Made by a program: the position numbers and the translations under genes. Shown here in pieces: positions 44,201-57,461 of a DNA stretch of 64,000 nucleotides. This DNA comes from Catajapyx aquilonaris (lineage: Eukaryota). How positions within the stretch are numbered: position 1 is the stretch's first letter; the number at the start of each line of letters is the position of its first letter. Under the pieces are notes generated by a model. It worked only from the letters and a program-made list of their open reading frames with translations. It made no database searches and had not been told where the DNA came from. The DNA lies in NCBI GenBank assembly GCA_000934665.2, contig KZ538378.1, positions 1 to 64,000 on the forward strand, given 5' to 3'.

Positions 44201-45462
44201 GTTGTGACGGACGGTGACGTGGAGTGACGTCACGATCAAAACATGCAATTGCAAATGTTGCGTGTTCATTAATGAATTGCATTTTCCTGAATTCAGTACT
44301 GGCGATGACATATTGGCCGGCTGGTAGCTGTTTGTACCCGATCTGGCCCAAAGTGGGCCGGTTCGTTCCTGGTGTCGGATTGACCCATTCTAAGTACTAA
44401 AATCTGACAAGCTGCGCACTGGAGTGAGTCAATTTGCTCCGCACCTTTGGAGAGGGTGGGGGGGGGGGGGNTCAACTAGCGAGTTTGCAAACTGCTAACA
44501 CTGGGGGTCCGGCCGGTGCTTCTCTTGGAGGCTGTAAACACGATTGTGAATCAATATCGCAATTAGCCTAATAGGGAGTGTTCCCAAGGCAGTTTGGAAA
44601 GGCGGGGATGGTGGGTGGGTGGGTTGAAGTGAGGAGGGGTTTAATTGGAGGGGCCACTGGTTCCCCCCGAGAGTTTTTTCTTCTTTCCGTCATAACCCCT
44701 AGTGACCAAAAGGGATTTGGTGAGGGGCTGTATTGGATGTGTTTCCCCAACAGACCCGGAAGTTTATTTTCGCCCGGAAAGTACCGCTCCGGGATGAGGA
44801 GGGTTTTTTTTTTTTTCCAGGGAAGGGTGGGGGAGGATTGGGCGCAGGGTAGTTCATTTTTTTTTTTTGTTGGTCTGTGGGGGTGATTTGGGGAAAGGGG
44901 TGATTGAGCTGAGAGCTGGGTTGTGTTTCGAAAGTTTCATCAGCCCAGGTGTGTGTCATCAGGATTATGCATAAATTCCGGATGTAGGATGTGAACCAGT
45001 ATGCGACATGAACAGATTTTTCGCACATTTTTATCTGAACTTTGTGAATGTGGACTCCGAAATATCAAGGTACTCGGTGTAATTGCTTTGCGTATGCAAC
45101 CACTGCCGTGACAAACTGAGTGCAGGCATTGTGCACCACGTTTGATTCAACTATTACAGTACAAAGCTGCGTCCCTGGATCTACGCCGCTGCTCTCTGCC
45201 TGTTGTAACTGTCTATAATGAGGCAAAATGAGCATTATCATTACCTGGTGTGTGATAACAATTGCGGGTCTGGCAACGGACCACTCGTGTTTATGAATAT
45301 TTTAGGTTTAATTCCAAAACAGCCAAATCGGTTTTGGTGTAAAATGAGTCGAGCCCACGGGACTGCAGTTCGGTATATCATTTCTCATGCCCCTCACGCG
45401 AGTGTCAGGTGAAAAATTTTCACCTGACCTGTTTACTGACCACCCATGAAGCATAAATATGA

Positions 45463-45987
<525 letters not shown>

Positions 45988-46558
45988 GAAATCTAAACTA
46001 ATGTGAAGAAGAAGAAAAAAGAAAGTGTAATGATACCTCCCCTCCTGTGCCCTCCCACACACACACACACACATCCGAGAGAGTATTATTGCGATCATGT
46101 CGCATAGATATAACACATTGGAAGTGACCAAAAGGACTAGTCTTGAGTGCAATTGTGATGCTCAACGAAAGCGTAGTCATTGCGCAGGTGGATAATTAAG
46201 AAGAAGAAGAAAATGTAAATCGAGATATATGTACCGAGGATGGTGGTTAGGCTGCATTGTTTATTTTGCACCCACCGAGCCTTTTTGTTGAACAGATATC
46301 CTATATAAGGACTGGTGTTGTGAAGATTTATGAAGTGGTTGCTATAAACTCTGATCGTTGGACAAAAAAAAAAAAAGCCTTAATGTAAACTAATTCCTCC
46401 TCTACCTTCCCCTCCAACTCCTAGCCTCAAACCCTTCCCCCCACCCTACGCCTCCACCTACAATCACGGTGAGGTTGAAATGTTTGCGAAATGGCATGTG
46501 TTACAATTTTTAATATATTTTTGTGATTTGCAAATACGTCGTGTCGATAGCTTGTATC

Positions 46559-46564
46559 AATAAA
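46559..46564 (+). terminator. Candidate polyadenylation signal AATAAA for the read-through membralin isoform (3'UTR about 45988-46590)
   Basis: Canonical AATAAA about 570 nt after the stop codon, immediately preceded by TGTA and a T-rich stretch. The downstream GU-rich element is weak. Confidence 0.5.
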
Positions 46565-47148
46565 TAATGACATTGTAGGGACCTGCAGGGAACTTCCTTC
46601 ATCCAGCCGATTTCAGGTGTAGGTTCTTTCTTTCAAAGGGCAGCTCGAAGAATATCTGCTACATAAAGAGGTATTTGTGCAAATCTATTTTTGCAATTGA
46701 TTTCGCTGCAGCGTTTTCTGTGGTATTTGTGCATGGCACTGCATTTTCTATGGTTGGGTTACAGTTTAGGAGGAACTTGTATGAATGGATGAATTCTGCA
46801 TTGTTGCCATAATGCATCTACTGTACTCCCAGCACATATGTTACTAAACGTGTGATTTGCATGCCGTAGCCTGTACCAAGAACAGCCCATTTAATATGCA
46901 ATAACTTATTGAAAACAAACCAGTAGCAATGTCTTTGAGCAACACCATATAGTTCTTCCATACCTGATGGTTGCAATGGGGCAGTTACCATTGAGTATCT
47001 TTGCGCATATAAAATTTGACACAACTTGATGTGCCTGTTGGGAAGTGAATGGTTTTGTTGTGCATGCTCTCTGCTCGTCTTTATTCGCTTCTCTTGGCTG
47101 TCAGCTTTCAGTGCTTTTATGCTGCGATGCTTCTTCTGTTCCTTTCAG

Positions 47149-47173
47149 TGCTCCACTTCATACGACGTGTTAG
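47149..47173 (+). CDS. Candidate 25-nt microexon (CSTSYDVL + G if entered in phase 0), probably an alternative 3' exon of membralin
   Basis: Strong acceptor ttcttctgttcctttcAG and consensus donor TAG|GTGAGT only 25 nt apart. Open in the phase left by the donor at 45963. No homology support. Confidence 0.5.
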
Positions 47174-49088
47174 GTGAGTACCATATTCCATCCCTCCCAG
47201 ATTCTTTTTTTTTTCGCTTCACGCTGATTTGGCCTTCGCTACTTGGGGAATCTGAGCGCCACAAATTGGCCCTTTAAAGCCGTGAACCTGAGCATACTTG
47301 GGCAATGTCCGAGTGAGGAAACTTGAAGCACCCGGGCCCAAAGTTACATTTCCGTTCGCTCGCGTTCCTGTTATCCCCCCACCGATTCCATCCCCTCCCA
47401 ACCACCCCCGCTCTCAACAAAGCAGGTTGATGGGACTCCGGGAAGAGGGGATGGAACAGAAGGGAATCTTTTGCCTGAACGCACCTCCAAGAAACGCCTT
47501 TTTTAACCAATTATCCGAGGGTGATTGGATCTTAATTGCTACGCGGGAGGGAGGTTCCCCGCCCCCACGCCCCCCAGCAGAGCAGCGCCTCTCCCCGGCG
47601 AAGAGGGGCGACGAAAAATGCCGGGTAAAAGAGGCGGAAAGAGATCCGAGAGGGATGCACATGCAAGGCTAAATTATGCAGCGAGATCATCTCCCGGTCT
47701 TCCGGCTGCTTTCGGGGATTTTGCTGGGGGGAGGGAGGGAGGGAGGGAGGGCTTGGAAATGGAAAGGGAAGGGAAGGGATTCCTTTCCCAGGGGCTGCCT
47801 TGCAAGGAAGGGGTGGGTGGTTGGTGCTGCTCCCTTCGACGGGGCCACAAAGGGGGGAAGATGAGAGTTCCTGTCGGATCGCGTCATCCACGTGTTCCAT
47901 CCGTACAGAAATGGGCGGGGGAGGCTTTTTTCAGAGAGAAGGAGGAAAAATAGAGGCGGGGGAAGATGATGAAGGAGCCCGCAAGCCGGATGGATTCCCT
48001 TGGGACTTCGCCTAGAGATGAGAGGTTTCCTTTATATGCTTATACATAGAGAGAGAGAAAAAAAAGAAGCATGTACACTGACGTGAAGAATAAACTCGTC
48101 AGGGTATGGCTGGCATGTGATTTGAGTCTTCTGGGGAGGATACACTTTTATGCGCTTCCCTCAAGACGAAAATGGACATTCCCGATGTGTACAATCACAT
48201 CTTCTAATGCGCTATTTCTCTCCGTCTGATAGTGCCACTATCTCCCGTACGACTAGAGTGGCAGGAGTGGGCAGAGGAATGGGGCGCAATCTATGCGTGA
48301 ATAATAGTACTACGTGGTAAATCGGCCGCCGGGCCAAACGTCCGACGGAGAGAAATAGCCCATTCGAAGAAAGATAAGTGTTGCCAAATTTCGGCAACTT
48401 GTTCACTAGTGGAAAAGAATGGCTGCAAGTCATGGCATGGCTCAGTTACACTCTGGAGCGTGGAAACTGGCCGATGTTGCCTACGGAGCACTCAGAAACC
48501 TGACGCCATGGGCGAACATGGCTGCAGGGGATGAAGTCATTACTTTCTAGACTTTTTACCAGCTGTTTAATAGGTTTAGGTTGTTGACTAATCTGCCTGG
48601 TAGGCTAGCCGACAGACATTTTTAGTTTCTGGTTACTAGTTGGAACATTTTGGCTTCTGGCAAACTGCCTTCAAGCTGTTGCGGTCAGTTTTTTAAAAAT
48701 AAAAATCGGTTATTTGACTGTACGTTGCTCCTGTCCGTTCCTTCGTTTGCCCATTCTGGTTTCCCCCAACCGGTTCCAACTGAAGTATAATTGGCCAATT
48801 TTATCCTCGAAGGCGTCCTCCTACCGTGGCGCCGCTCTGGCCACCGCACGCTTTTCCGGTATACAGATGATTAAAATGCATGGAGGTGACAACGCGTGTT
48901 TGCCCAGCTCACGTTTGTTCACAAGCCTGAAAGACAGGGCTTCAACCCACGGGTTTCCCACTGACTGACGCCCGATGCAAGTGGACACACTTGTGGGTCA
49001 CAACCTTGTCTTCCGCATCTCAGCTAGATATTTTTTTTGTGTTCCTTGGTTCAACCCAATTTTTATTTAGAGAGAGGGGGGGGGTTGA

Positions 49089-49126
<38 letters not shown>

Positions 49127-52100
49127 ACCAGTTTGGTTAATGGGTCTGTCAGGTGGAAGCGGCGGAGTGACGATGGTTCTTGACGCCCACAACCAGGCTT
49201 GCCTTCAAAATTGGGGGGGAAGGGAAGGGTTGCGGCGGGGAAATATCGCCCTCCCCAAGCTGGCAGCTCCCTGATTGAATCCGGGAGCTGCCATACCATT
49301 GGCCAATTTTAAAATAGTCTCCGGGTAGGAGGAGAGAGGTGGGGGGAGGGCATGTAATTATGGCCCGGTCGTGGTCCTTTTGCTCCATTGTGCTGCACCT
49401 TGGCAGTGCGGCAATTACAAGGGGAAAATGGGTGGGGTGGGGTGGGTGGAAAAATGGCGGGTGAAACTGATCGAGTGCAGGGTAGGTGAGAAGTACGTAA
49501 TTGATTATGGGAGGAGTTGTTAGGTGCCGGAAGCAGGGAGCCGGAAGATTTAAGCCCGGAGGCGGATGTTGACTGGGAAGCGGCACTTTTTCCGCATGTC
49601 CCACCCACCCTCCTTCGGCAAACGCATCCAGGAGAAGACGTGCGTCGAATGGACTAAGACTCCGTGGTCCAAAGGAACCAGCCAGAAGCAGAAAGGAGAA
49701 CCCAGAGACTGCGCCTTCTCTCTCTCTCTGGGTTCTTTTTTAGAGGAATTCCTGGGAAGCCCTGGGGACTTGATCTTCTCAGGTTTTGAGATGCTATGCG
49801 CGAATTATTGAGGGGCAGAAAGTCAAAACCACGGGCGAGACATGTTCAGGATTAATTAGAATGTTTGTGAAACGGGTTTGGAGCTGGTGAGTGTAGTTTC
49901 AGGGACTGTTTGCTACTGTTGTGCGGTGCCGAGGAATTGTCCCTATAATGGTCACATGATCCAAATCAATCAATCCTGATCGCTGCTGCCAGGAATGGGT
50001 ATTGCCCGAGGTCTGTATCATGTGACCAGCAAGGACGCCAATGTTTCTTGTCAAGAAGAATAATAAAGTGAAGAGGACTATATCACAACGGTCTAATGCC
50101 TTAAAATTTCAATTCAGACTCTAAAAGTTCCATTAATTCAACCGTAATAATACAGTATTATAGGCAATAATTATTGTGCGCATTGAAATAACTTTTAGAA
50201 AGAAACTGATGATAAAAGTGTATTAGTACGTGATACCTAATACTGTACACAGGAACATTCAATCATGGCTTGTTTTTCCCTCTCACCATTTCCCCATTGG
50301 GATGTTATTTGATTTGATTTGTTATTCTGTTGTGTTTTTATTGTTTTGGGTTTTGCATAATTGTGGAGCACTTTTTGTTATTTTAAATATAATTTGTTAA
50401 TTAACTCTGCGTTGTATTTTGTTGTTTTTTTGTTTTATTTTATGTTATTCTTCATGTTGGCTGTGGCTGGTAGTGAGAGACAATTACTGTGTTTGTTTGT
50501 TCTTTCGTTTGTTTGAGTGGGAAGGAGCCAAAGCTGCTCTCTTGTAAGGCAATTATTGACCCTGTATAATTACGCTGTATGTTGGTTTCTGTGTTAATAT
50601 ATGGATGGAGAAATTGTCAAAATAAAATAGAGTAATTTCCAGTGTGAGGGTGTGTTTGGAATGAGTTTAGGAGATGGCCTGGAAAGTACTTGGCAACTCC
50701 TACATGCTAACCTGAGCAAAATAGAGCAAACACTAATAAACAAGATCCCCACCCTTCCTATAACCTGCACGCCAAAGAGTCCGGTCCCCATTTCAGTGTG
50801 TTTTTATTCCCTACCTTCCACGCAAGAGATCCACGATATTTAACTAGTTCCTAAATAGGCCAAACGTTTCAATGATGAAGTTTATTGTGGCCATTTTGCA
50901 TTAGGCGCGATTGGCAAATATTGAGGGCGGTTTGACCCGAGTTTCGACAATCGCCATGTGACCGCCGATTGCAAAGGTTGGAAATCAACATGTAATGATA
51001 GCAGTTTGCAAGTGCGGAGCTGGTAATTATATATCACGAGCTAATTGATCACGGCTATCGCGGTGACGTCACCATTAAAGCCCCGATTCTGTAATTACTA
51101 GCAAACCAATACGACCGCTGGCTCCATTCAGCCATTCACTTCCATTGTGACACCCCAACACCCTTTCCATCACCAATAGCATTTTGGGGACAGGGTCACA
51201 AAAAAAATATACACTGGGTGGGGGGTGGGAAAATCGGCAATTTGTAGGGCTCCGATCAGTTAATGGCCCTTTGATCCTCGGCATGACCACAGCCTGCAAA
51301 CACGGCAGTTATGTTCGGAGGTCACTCGGCAAACATTTTGTGCGAGCAAACTAGGCCAATTGAAAAAAGAAACAATGGAGAATGGTGGGCGAAAAGAAAA
51401 AGACGACTTTTTTTGGCTGGAGGCTTTGAAGCGTATGATTGGTGGATTAGTGAAAAGGCTGTGTGCTGTGTAGTAGGGGTGGGTGGAAAGTCCGGGTCTC
51501 GTTTACTGGTAACCTCCTTGCTCAAATCCTAGGATTTCCAATTGGAGTATTTATTTCAGAGAGAGAGGTGGGATTAGTGCCCGGATGGAGAGGGATTCGA
51601 TCTAACAGGTTTAACTTCTTCAGGCGGATGATGGGGAATTTTGCCCGTTCAAGATGTGGATGACGAGGGCCCTTTTATATAGACTCTCACTTCAACCTAT
51701 ATATAGGTCTAATTGGGTAGATCTGAAACATGGCATGGTAAGAGAGAACTGTAGGACTGTACCAGGGTCTGTTGACTTTTTCTCGCGTAATTAAATTATA
51801 TTAAGGCAATGTAAAACATATCCAAATTCAGAGTGAACTTATTGTCGATGGTAGAACCTTCAAGAATTTTCCAGGCGGTACTGCAGAACTGTGGCAGTTG
51901 AAGAATCACTTGTCACTTGCCAATGCAACTCACCTTTTTAACATGGAATCTTGCACAAAAAAGATGGGGGGGCGGGGGGGGGGATACCCTGCAAGCCCGC
52001 AAAAGCTGAAGCCATCAATCAATACTGTCTTGATTTCATTGGTGTGTGTGTGCTTGTGCTGTGGGCCCCTTGATACCCTTAGGCCGATCTGCTCCGGAAG

Positions 52101-53143
52101 GGATTTGACGGGATTGGTCCCAAGGACAGGCCTAGAAAATGAGAAGCCTCCTTCCCCTTGCTATATATATATACTCCTCTTCCTTACCCAAGACCACAGC
52201 AGAACATACACCTTTTTCCAGGTTTACTCTGCCTGGCAAAAAAGACCGCCCGCCCGGCAACCGTACGCCCAGCCAGGCACATTGGTTAAGGGAGCAGAAA
52301 ATTCCGGATACTTCGTCTCGCCCTCCCCAAAAAATATGGCATATACGCACACGGGCGGCCACTTTGAAACCGACTCGCCGCCAATTTTCTTTCGAGTTTT
52401 TCAAAGGTTACACCCCGTTATTACTCTGGCTGGAAAATTCGGCTGCGGAAATTAATTTTTGTGGTGTCCACGGAAGTTGAGGGGGAGTGCAAAAATCGAA
52501 GGAAGAAAAATGGCTTCCAAGAACTTGTATGCATTGCACAGTGAGAAATAGAAATGTGTAGTGCGCAGGTAAAATGTGCTGCTTCAAACTGAACCAGACC
52601 GTGATTGTTGGCTATTGATTCGATCAATATTGTTCGTGTCAGAAAAGGCTGGGCACACTGGGCAAGGGAAACCAAGAAGCCAGAATTAAGACAGCAGGAA
52701 GTGTTGGAGGGTGGCGGGGGAGAGAAAAAAAAGACTAGGGATAAATTATGCTGGAGAGAAGTTTTCCGACGGGGCGGAAAAGTTTTCCGTTCCCGATCCA
52801 TCAAAATCTGAGGCGGCAGCCACCAATCAAGGGCCTCGGCGCGGAATTTGGGAGGGGTGGGTTCCTCTCTCCAGACCAACACTTCATCATAATCCATTTC
52901 GGCAGCCGGTGCGGGGACTTGCACAACTGCGAGAGGGTGGGGGAGGGAGGGGGTGATAGGGACAGAGAGAGGAAAAATTATGAAATGAAAGTAATGAGAA
53001 TGAAACATGGCGCCTAGTTATGAGCGGTGTGTTGTGGAAAAAGAGAGAGAGAGAGAAAAAAAACTCCGGGGGAGATTATACGAATCCGTATGTCAGCAGG
53101 AAAATATTGCCTGGAAGCAGGCGCGTTCCGGAAAATTATGTCT

Positions 53144-53349
53144 NNNNNNNNNNNNNNNNNNNNNNNNNNNNNNNNNNNNNNNNNNNNNNNNNNNNNNNNN
53201 NNNNNNNNNNNNNNNNNNNNNNNNNNNNNNNNNNNNNNNNNNNNNNNNNNNNNNNNNNNNNNNNNNNNNNNNNNNNNNNNNNNNNNNNNNNNNNNNNNNN
53301 NNNNNNNNNNNNNNNNNNNNNNNNNNNNNNNNNNNNNNNNNNNNNNNNN
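53144..53349. other. Assembly gap (N run) followed by poly-G
   Basis: Run of n followed by a G homopolymer. Confidence 1.
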
Positions 53350-56300
53350 GGGGGGGGGGGGGGGTTTGGATGGAGAGGGGGCGAAAAGGTACTCAAGTTT
53401 GCCCAGGGGGCTCCTGCAGGATCAGTCCGGGGCTTATTCGCTTTCAGGACTCGCAGCTTAACATCGTTTGCGCTTTTCATTGAGGCTTGCCTCAGCGATT
53501 GTCGACGGTTAATTAATACTTTCCAATTGCTAATTATTTCTGTACGTTTCATGTTTTTCCCCACCGTAAATGTTAGGCGGATATTGCCCGGTTTTTTTGG
53601 GGGGTGGGTTGAGCACAATTTGACGGTTAGTGTCCGTGGTAAATCAGGGTTGATCCGGTGAATAAGTGAGGGGGCGATTGGGCGAGGAAAGGTAATCGCT
53701 GGGGTAATGAGTAGAAGCGGAGAAAAGGGAGGGTCCCGGGATAAATCTGCATGGCATCTGCATTCTCCAACAATCCGGGTGGGGGTGGTTGACTGGTGTT
53801 TTCCCTAATCTCAATGGACGGCCGTGTCCGTCGCGGGGTCCGGAAATGAGTGTCGCGGGCTTGAGTCCGTCAGTTGACAGGGCGACGGGGACTTAGCCCG
53901 ACTTGGTCGCCCGTGAGGAGCAATCACCGGGTAATGAAAACAAATGCGACCGGATTCACTCCTAGCCTGACACTTAGATTGTTGTGAGTGACGCAGGGAT
54001 CTGGAGCCAATTTCGGAGCCAGAGCCCAACCTCCCCCCAGGTGTTTGACAGATGGTTGCACCGAGAGACTCTGCACTATCCTGGGACAAACTAAGGCCGG
54101 TCATTTGTTATTTGGGAAGAGGAGGTGTTGGTGCTGGATCAGGCCTTCTTTTTTTTTTGGTGCCCTCTCGCCATATTGTAGCGAATCAAAAGTTGGGACG
54201 ATGTTACAAATTCAGTTGGAGTTTTTTTTTTTTTGCGTTGGCTCATCCAGATTCCGTCAGGAGGAGAGATGGTTACATCGAGAGGGTGGGGGGGGCAAAG
54301 GGAAAAGGAGGCCTGTGCTGTTCTCGGAGTTAATTTCTAGCTGCCTTGGACGCGCCCTCTGATCGCTGAGGCTGAAGAGAACCTGCCCGTCGCAACCACA
54401 GCGGCCTCCGGTAATTAAGTTGAGACTCGTTCGCCAGAAAACTAATTTCCTGAAGAAACATGATTTGAATATGCGGTATGAATGCTATATCTCTGCAGAT
54501 TGAGAGGAGGCGGGAGGGATGGGCGGGGAGGGGAGAAGAGGAGGGGGGAGGAGGGGAGGATCACTCCGGAAGATTTTGGCCTAGGTTTAATCATCCCGGG
54601 GAAATCCTGCCGATTTTATCATGGGGCTCACCTAGATTTGGGAGAGCTCGCTTGCCATGATTAGGTCCTTCAGGAACTGGGCTTGGGAGAATAAATAACA
54701 ATTAAGCTGGTTCGGAGTGACATTCTGTCATTTTTTTTGTGGCAGCAGTCTTTTCCCGTTGATGACATGTTTTCCAAAGGGCGTACTGCGATCAAGGTTA
54801 TATTTGAAATGTCCGAAGTAGTTAGAATTTTTTTGAAGATAAGTTGTTTATGAGCAGGCTAGGACACTTATGGTGGTTATTTACAAAAAATTATATACGG
54901 GTAGGTTGTTATGCCGAATTGAAGCATTTATTGAGGCTGCGAATTTTCGACCATTAAAGACTTAGACCACTTATGAGCTATTGAAAAACTGCAACAGAGT
55001 GAAATGAATCATAAGAAAATCTATTGAGCATGACCAAGTTTCCCAGGAAAAAAAAACTTATCCTGACTATTCAGAGCCACCCTGCAACACACTGCCATGC
55101 AGTGAAGCCGGACATCCAGGATAAGCTCTTATTATTCTGTTTGGCTGCATCTCTGCCACGAGAGGAAAAGTAGTTTTGGGATGGGCTAATGTGAAATAAG
55201 CGAAGGTTATTAATTATTGTACCGCGTTATTGCCGTAAATTGAGGAAAAATATGTCAGTATAGTTTAGAGATTCTTTATCGTACGAATACTTGTCAGACT
55301 GATTATGTCTGTGTCTGCACCCAGAGAAAGCCCTACTTTACAAGTATAACCAGGGCATATGGGCTTAAACAACATTAAGAGGCACAATAGAAATCGCTCT
55401 TAAATTCAAACAACGTTTTCCGAATGTTATCCCCTGTGCTTTTACGGTTAGCTAAGTGCCCGCGAATATTACTTTCACCGAGCAAGCTTGTTCTGTGGGT
55501 ATAAAACGGCTCACTAAGACTCATGAAAAAGGCTTGAATCGGTTTGGCTTGAAGGGGGGAGGGGGTTTGCTCTCCCCCCCCACCCCTCTCTATTCTTAGC
55601 CAAATACCATTACAGGTTCTTGTAGTGATCCGAAGGAGGTTGCTGACATAAGAGTCAATCGGTGGAAGGAGCGATTGCGTTTTGATATGCAAATGACCCT
55701 TCCACCCCCCACCTGGGTGGCATAGAAACCTCCCCCCCTCCCACAACCAGGAAGGAAAAGCAGCCGAGGGAAGGGCCTGGAAATGAATGCAATGTTTTTC
55801 TTCATTAACTTTATGTCAATCGCATTAGTTACGAGGGGTGGCGGCAGGAAGGGGGCGGGGGGAGGATCGGCTCCAGTTTCAGAATTAGACAGCAATATTT
55901 GGAGAGAAAATAGAGCAATGGCTCTAGACGACAATGGATGGAAAAGCCGCTTTTAGGCAAATGGCATCTTAAGCACGCAGCCCCTATTTTGTAATACCCG
56001 GTTTCGACCTATTAAGCGCGTGGGAAATGATCTTTGACTGCGTGGCATGTCAAAAGGAGAAGGGTTTAAAGTGTGCAGGTATTGTAGTGAGAGAAGAAAG
56101 AGACGACTATATTTTGCAGAGATATCAACTATATAGTTACACACCAATTTTTATGGCATTTCTTCTGCCACCCTGTGCCCAGTCTGTTGTTATCCTTCAA
56201 GATCCAATAAGTGAAACCAGCTTCCGGTTTTTAGAGTGCTGCATTAAGGAGATGAGAGGGTAGAAAGAAATGAGCAAATGTAGTTTTACGTGTCCTTCAA

Positions 56301-56909
56301 GAGAAGTTCTGGATGGCAGGAAATTGGAGGTGGATTCGTGGGGGGGGGGGGGGGNNNNNNNNNNGGAGGCTGACATCTCCTCGGAATAGTACCATCTGAA
56401 ACGGACATGTTGGCTCTATACCCCACTTCCTTCCCCGCTCGCTTTTCCGGGTCAAATGCAGTTGGGGGAGGAAAGTATATTTAGGATGCGTTTGGACCTG
56501 GAGACGACGAAAGTATAAGGAAAGCTCTCTCTCTCTCACACACACACAAACCGACTTGCGGAAGTTTCCAATTCAGGGATGCTCAAGTTCTGGTTGGAAG
56601 TGAGGGAGGGGAGGGGGCGACAATATTTCACATTAGGCGGAAACTGACTACCGCAGCCTCAGGCGGAACTGGAACACAATGTAAATGAATGGGGTCAAGT
56701 CACAACCATTAAAAGGAAATTAGGAACTGAGACGATTTCTTGTAAAATGTCACAGAAAATAATGCTTTGTTAAACCTGTGCATCGACTTTCTCAGTTCTC
56801 ACTAATTCCACCTTTGCTTTGTTGCCTTGAAATTAGTAGTCGAGCCAGGGTTTTTGATAGCGTCTAAAAGTAGGTCTACTAGTCGAAATTCTCAGCATCT
56901 AAAGACATG

Positions 56910-57016
56910 GGGTGGAATTTTCGTCGAACTACTAGTTACTTCTAACTTAGCAGTACCAGTGTAGTGCAATCATACTGCTAAGTTAGCAGTAACTAGTAGT
57001 TCGACAAAAATCCCCC
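56910..57016. mobile_element. Short hairpin MITE, same family as 10450-10565, copy 2 (right end decayed)
   Basis: Starts GGGTGGAATTTTCGTC like copy 1. The inner 33 bp of the two arms are complementary with one mismatch around a 17-nt loop. Confidence 0.8.
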
Positions 57017-57305
57017 TCAAAAAATCTCTAATTACTAACGTTATTCAGTTAGAATGCAATGAATAATTTCTTTAACTATAGCAAATTCGTATTTCAATAT
57101 TTTTTCAAATGTCATTAAATGAGGTGAATGTGTGTTAAGGATTAATTAAATTAATTAATTGTGTTAGGTTCCTTTTACCCTTTGTATACGAGTTCTTATT
57201 TGCCAAATGTTTAGAACTTTTTAACTGTCATTTAATAGCTAAGAGCAGTCTAAGGTAGTTTGCTTATGCGGTCATTAAACTGCGTTTAGATTTTAACTGC
57301 AGTAA

Positions 57306-57461
57306 CCCTGTAATGCCCCTTGGGTCATATCTGGCACACCATTTAGTGCAATTTGGCACACTTACAGAAAATATAAAAATTGCAAAAGTTGCAAAAATTG
57401 CACTAAATGGTGTGCCAGATATGACCCAGTGGGCATTACTTAGATTAGTAGCATTACAGGG
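57306..57461. mobile_element. piggyBac-like MITE
   Basis: Termini CCCTGTAATGC and GCATTACAGGG, flanked by GTAA on the left and TTAA on the right. A perfect 34-bp internal inverted repeat lies at 57321-57354 and 57395-57428. Confidence 0.8.

Noticed and set aside
56019..56026. Su(H)-type sites CGTGGGAA/CGTGAGAA (also about 12140, 42314 and 61520)
   Set aside because: They are scattered, unpaired and no more frequent than expected for a degenerate 8-mer in 64 kb.
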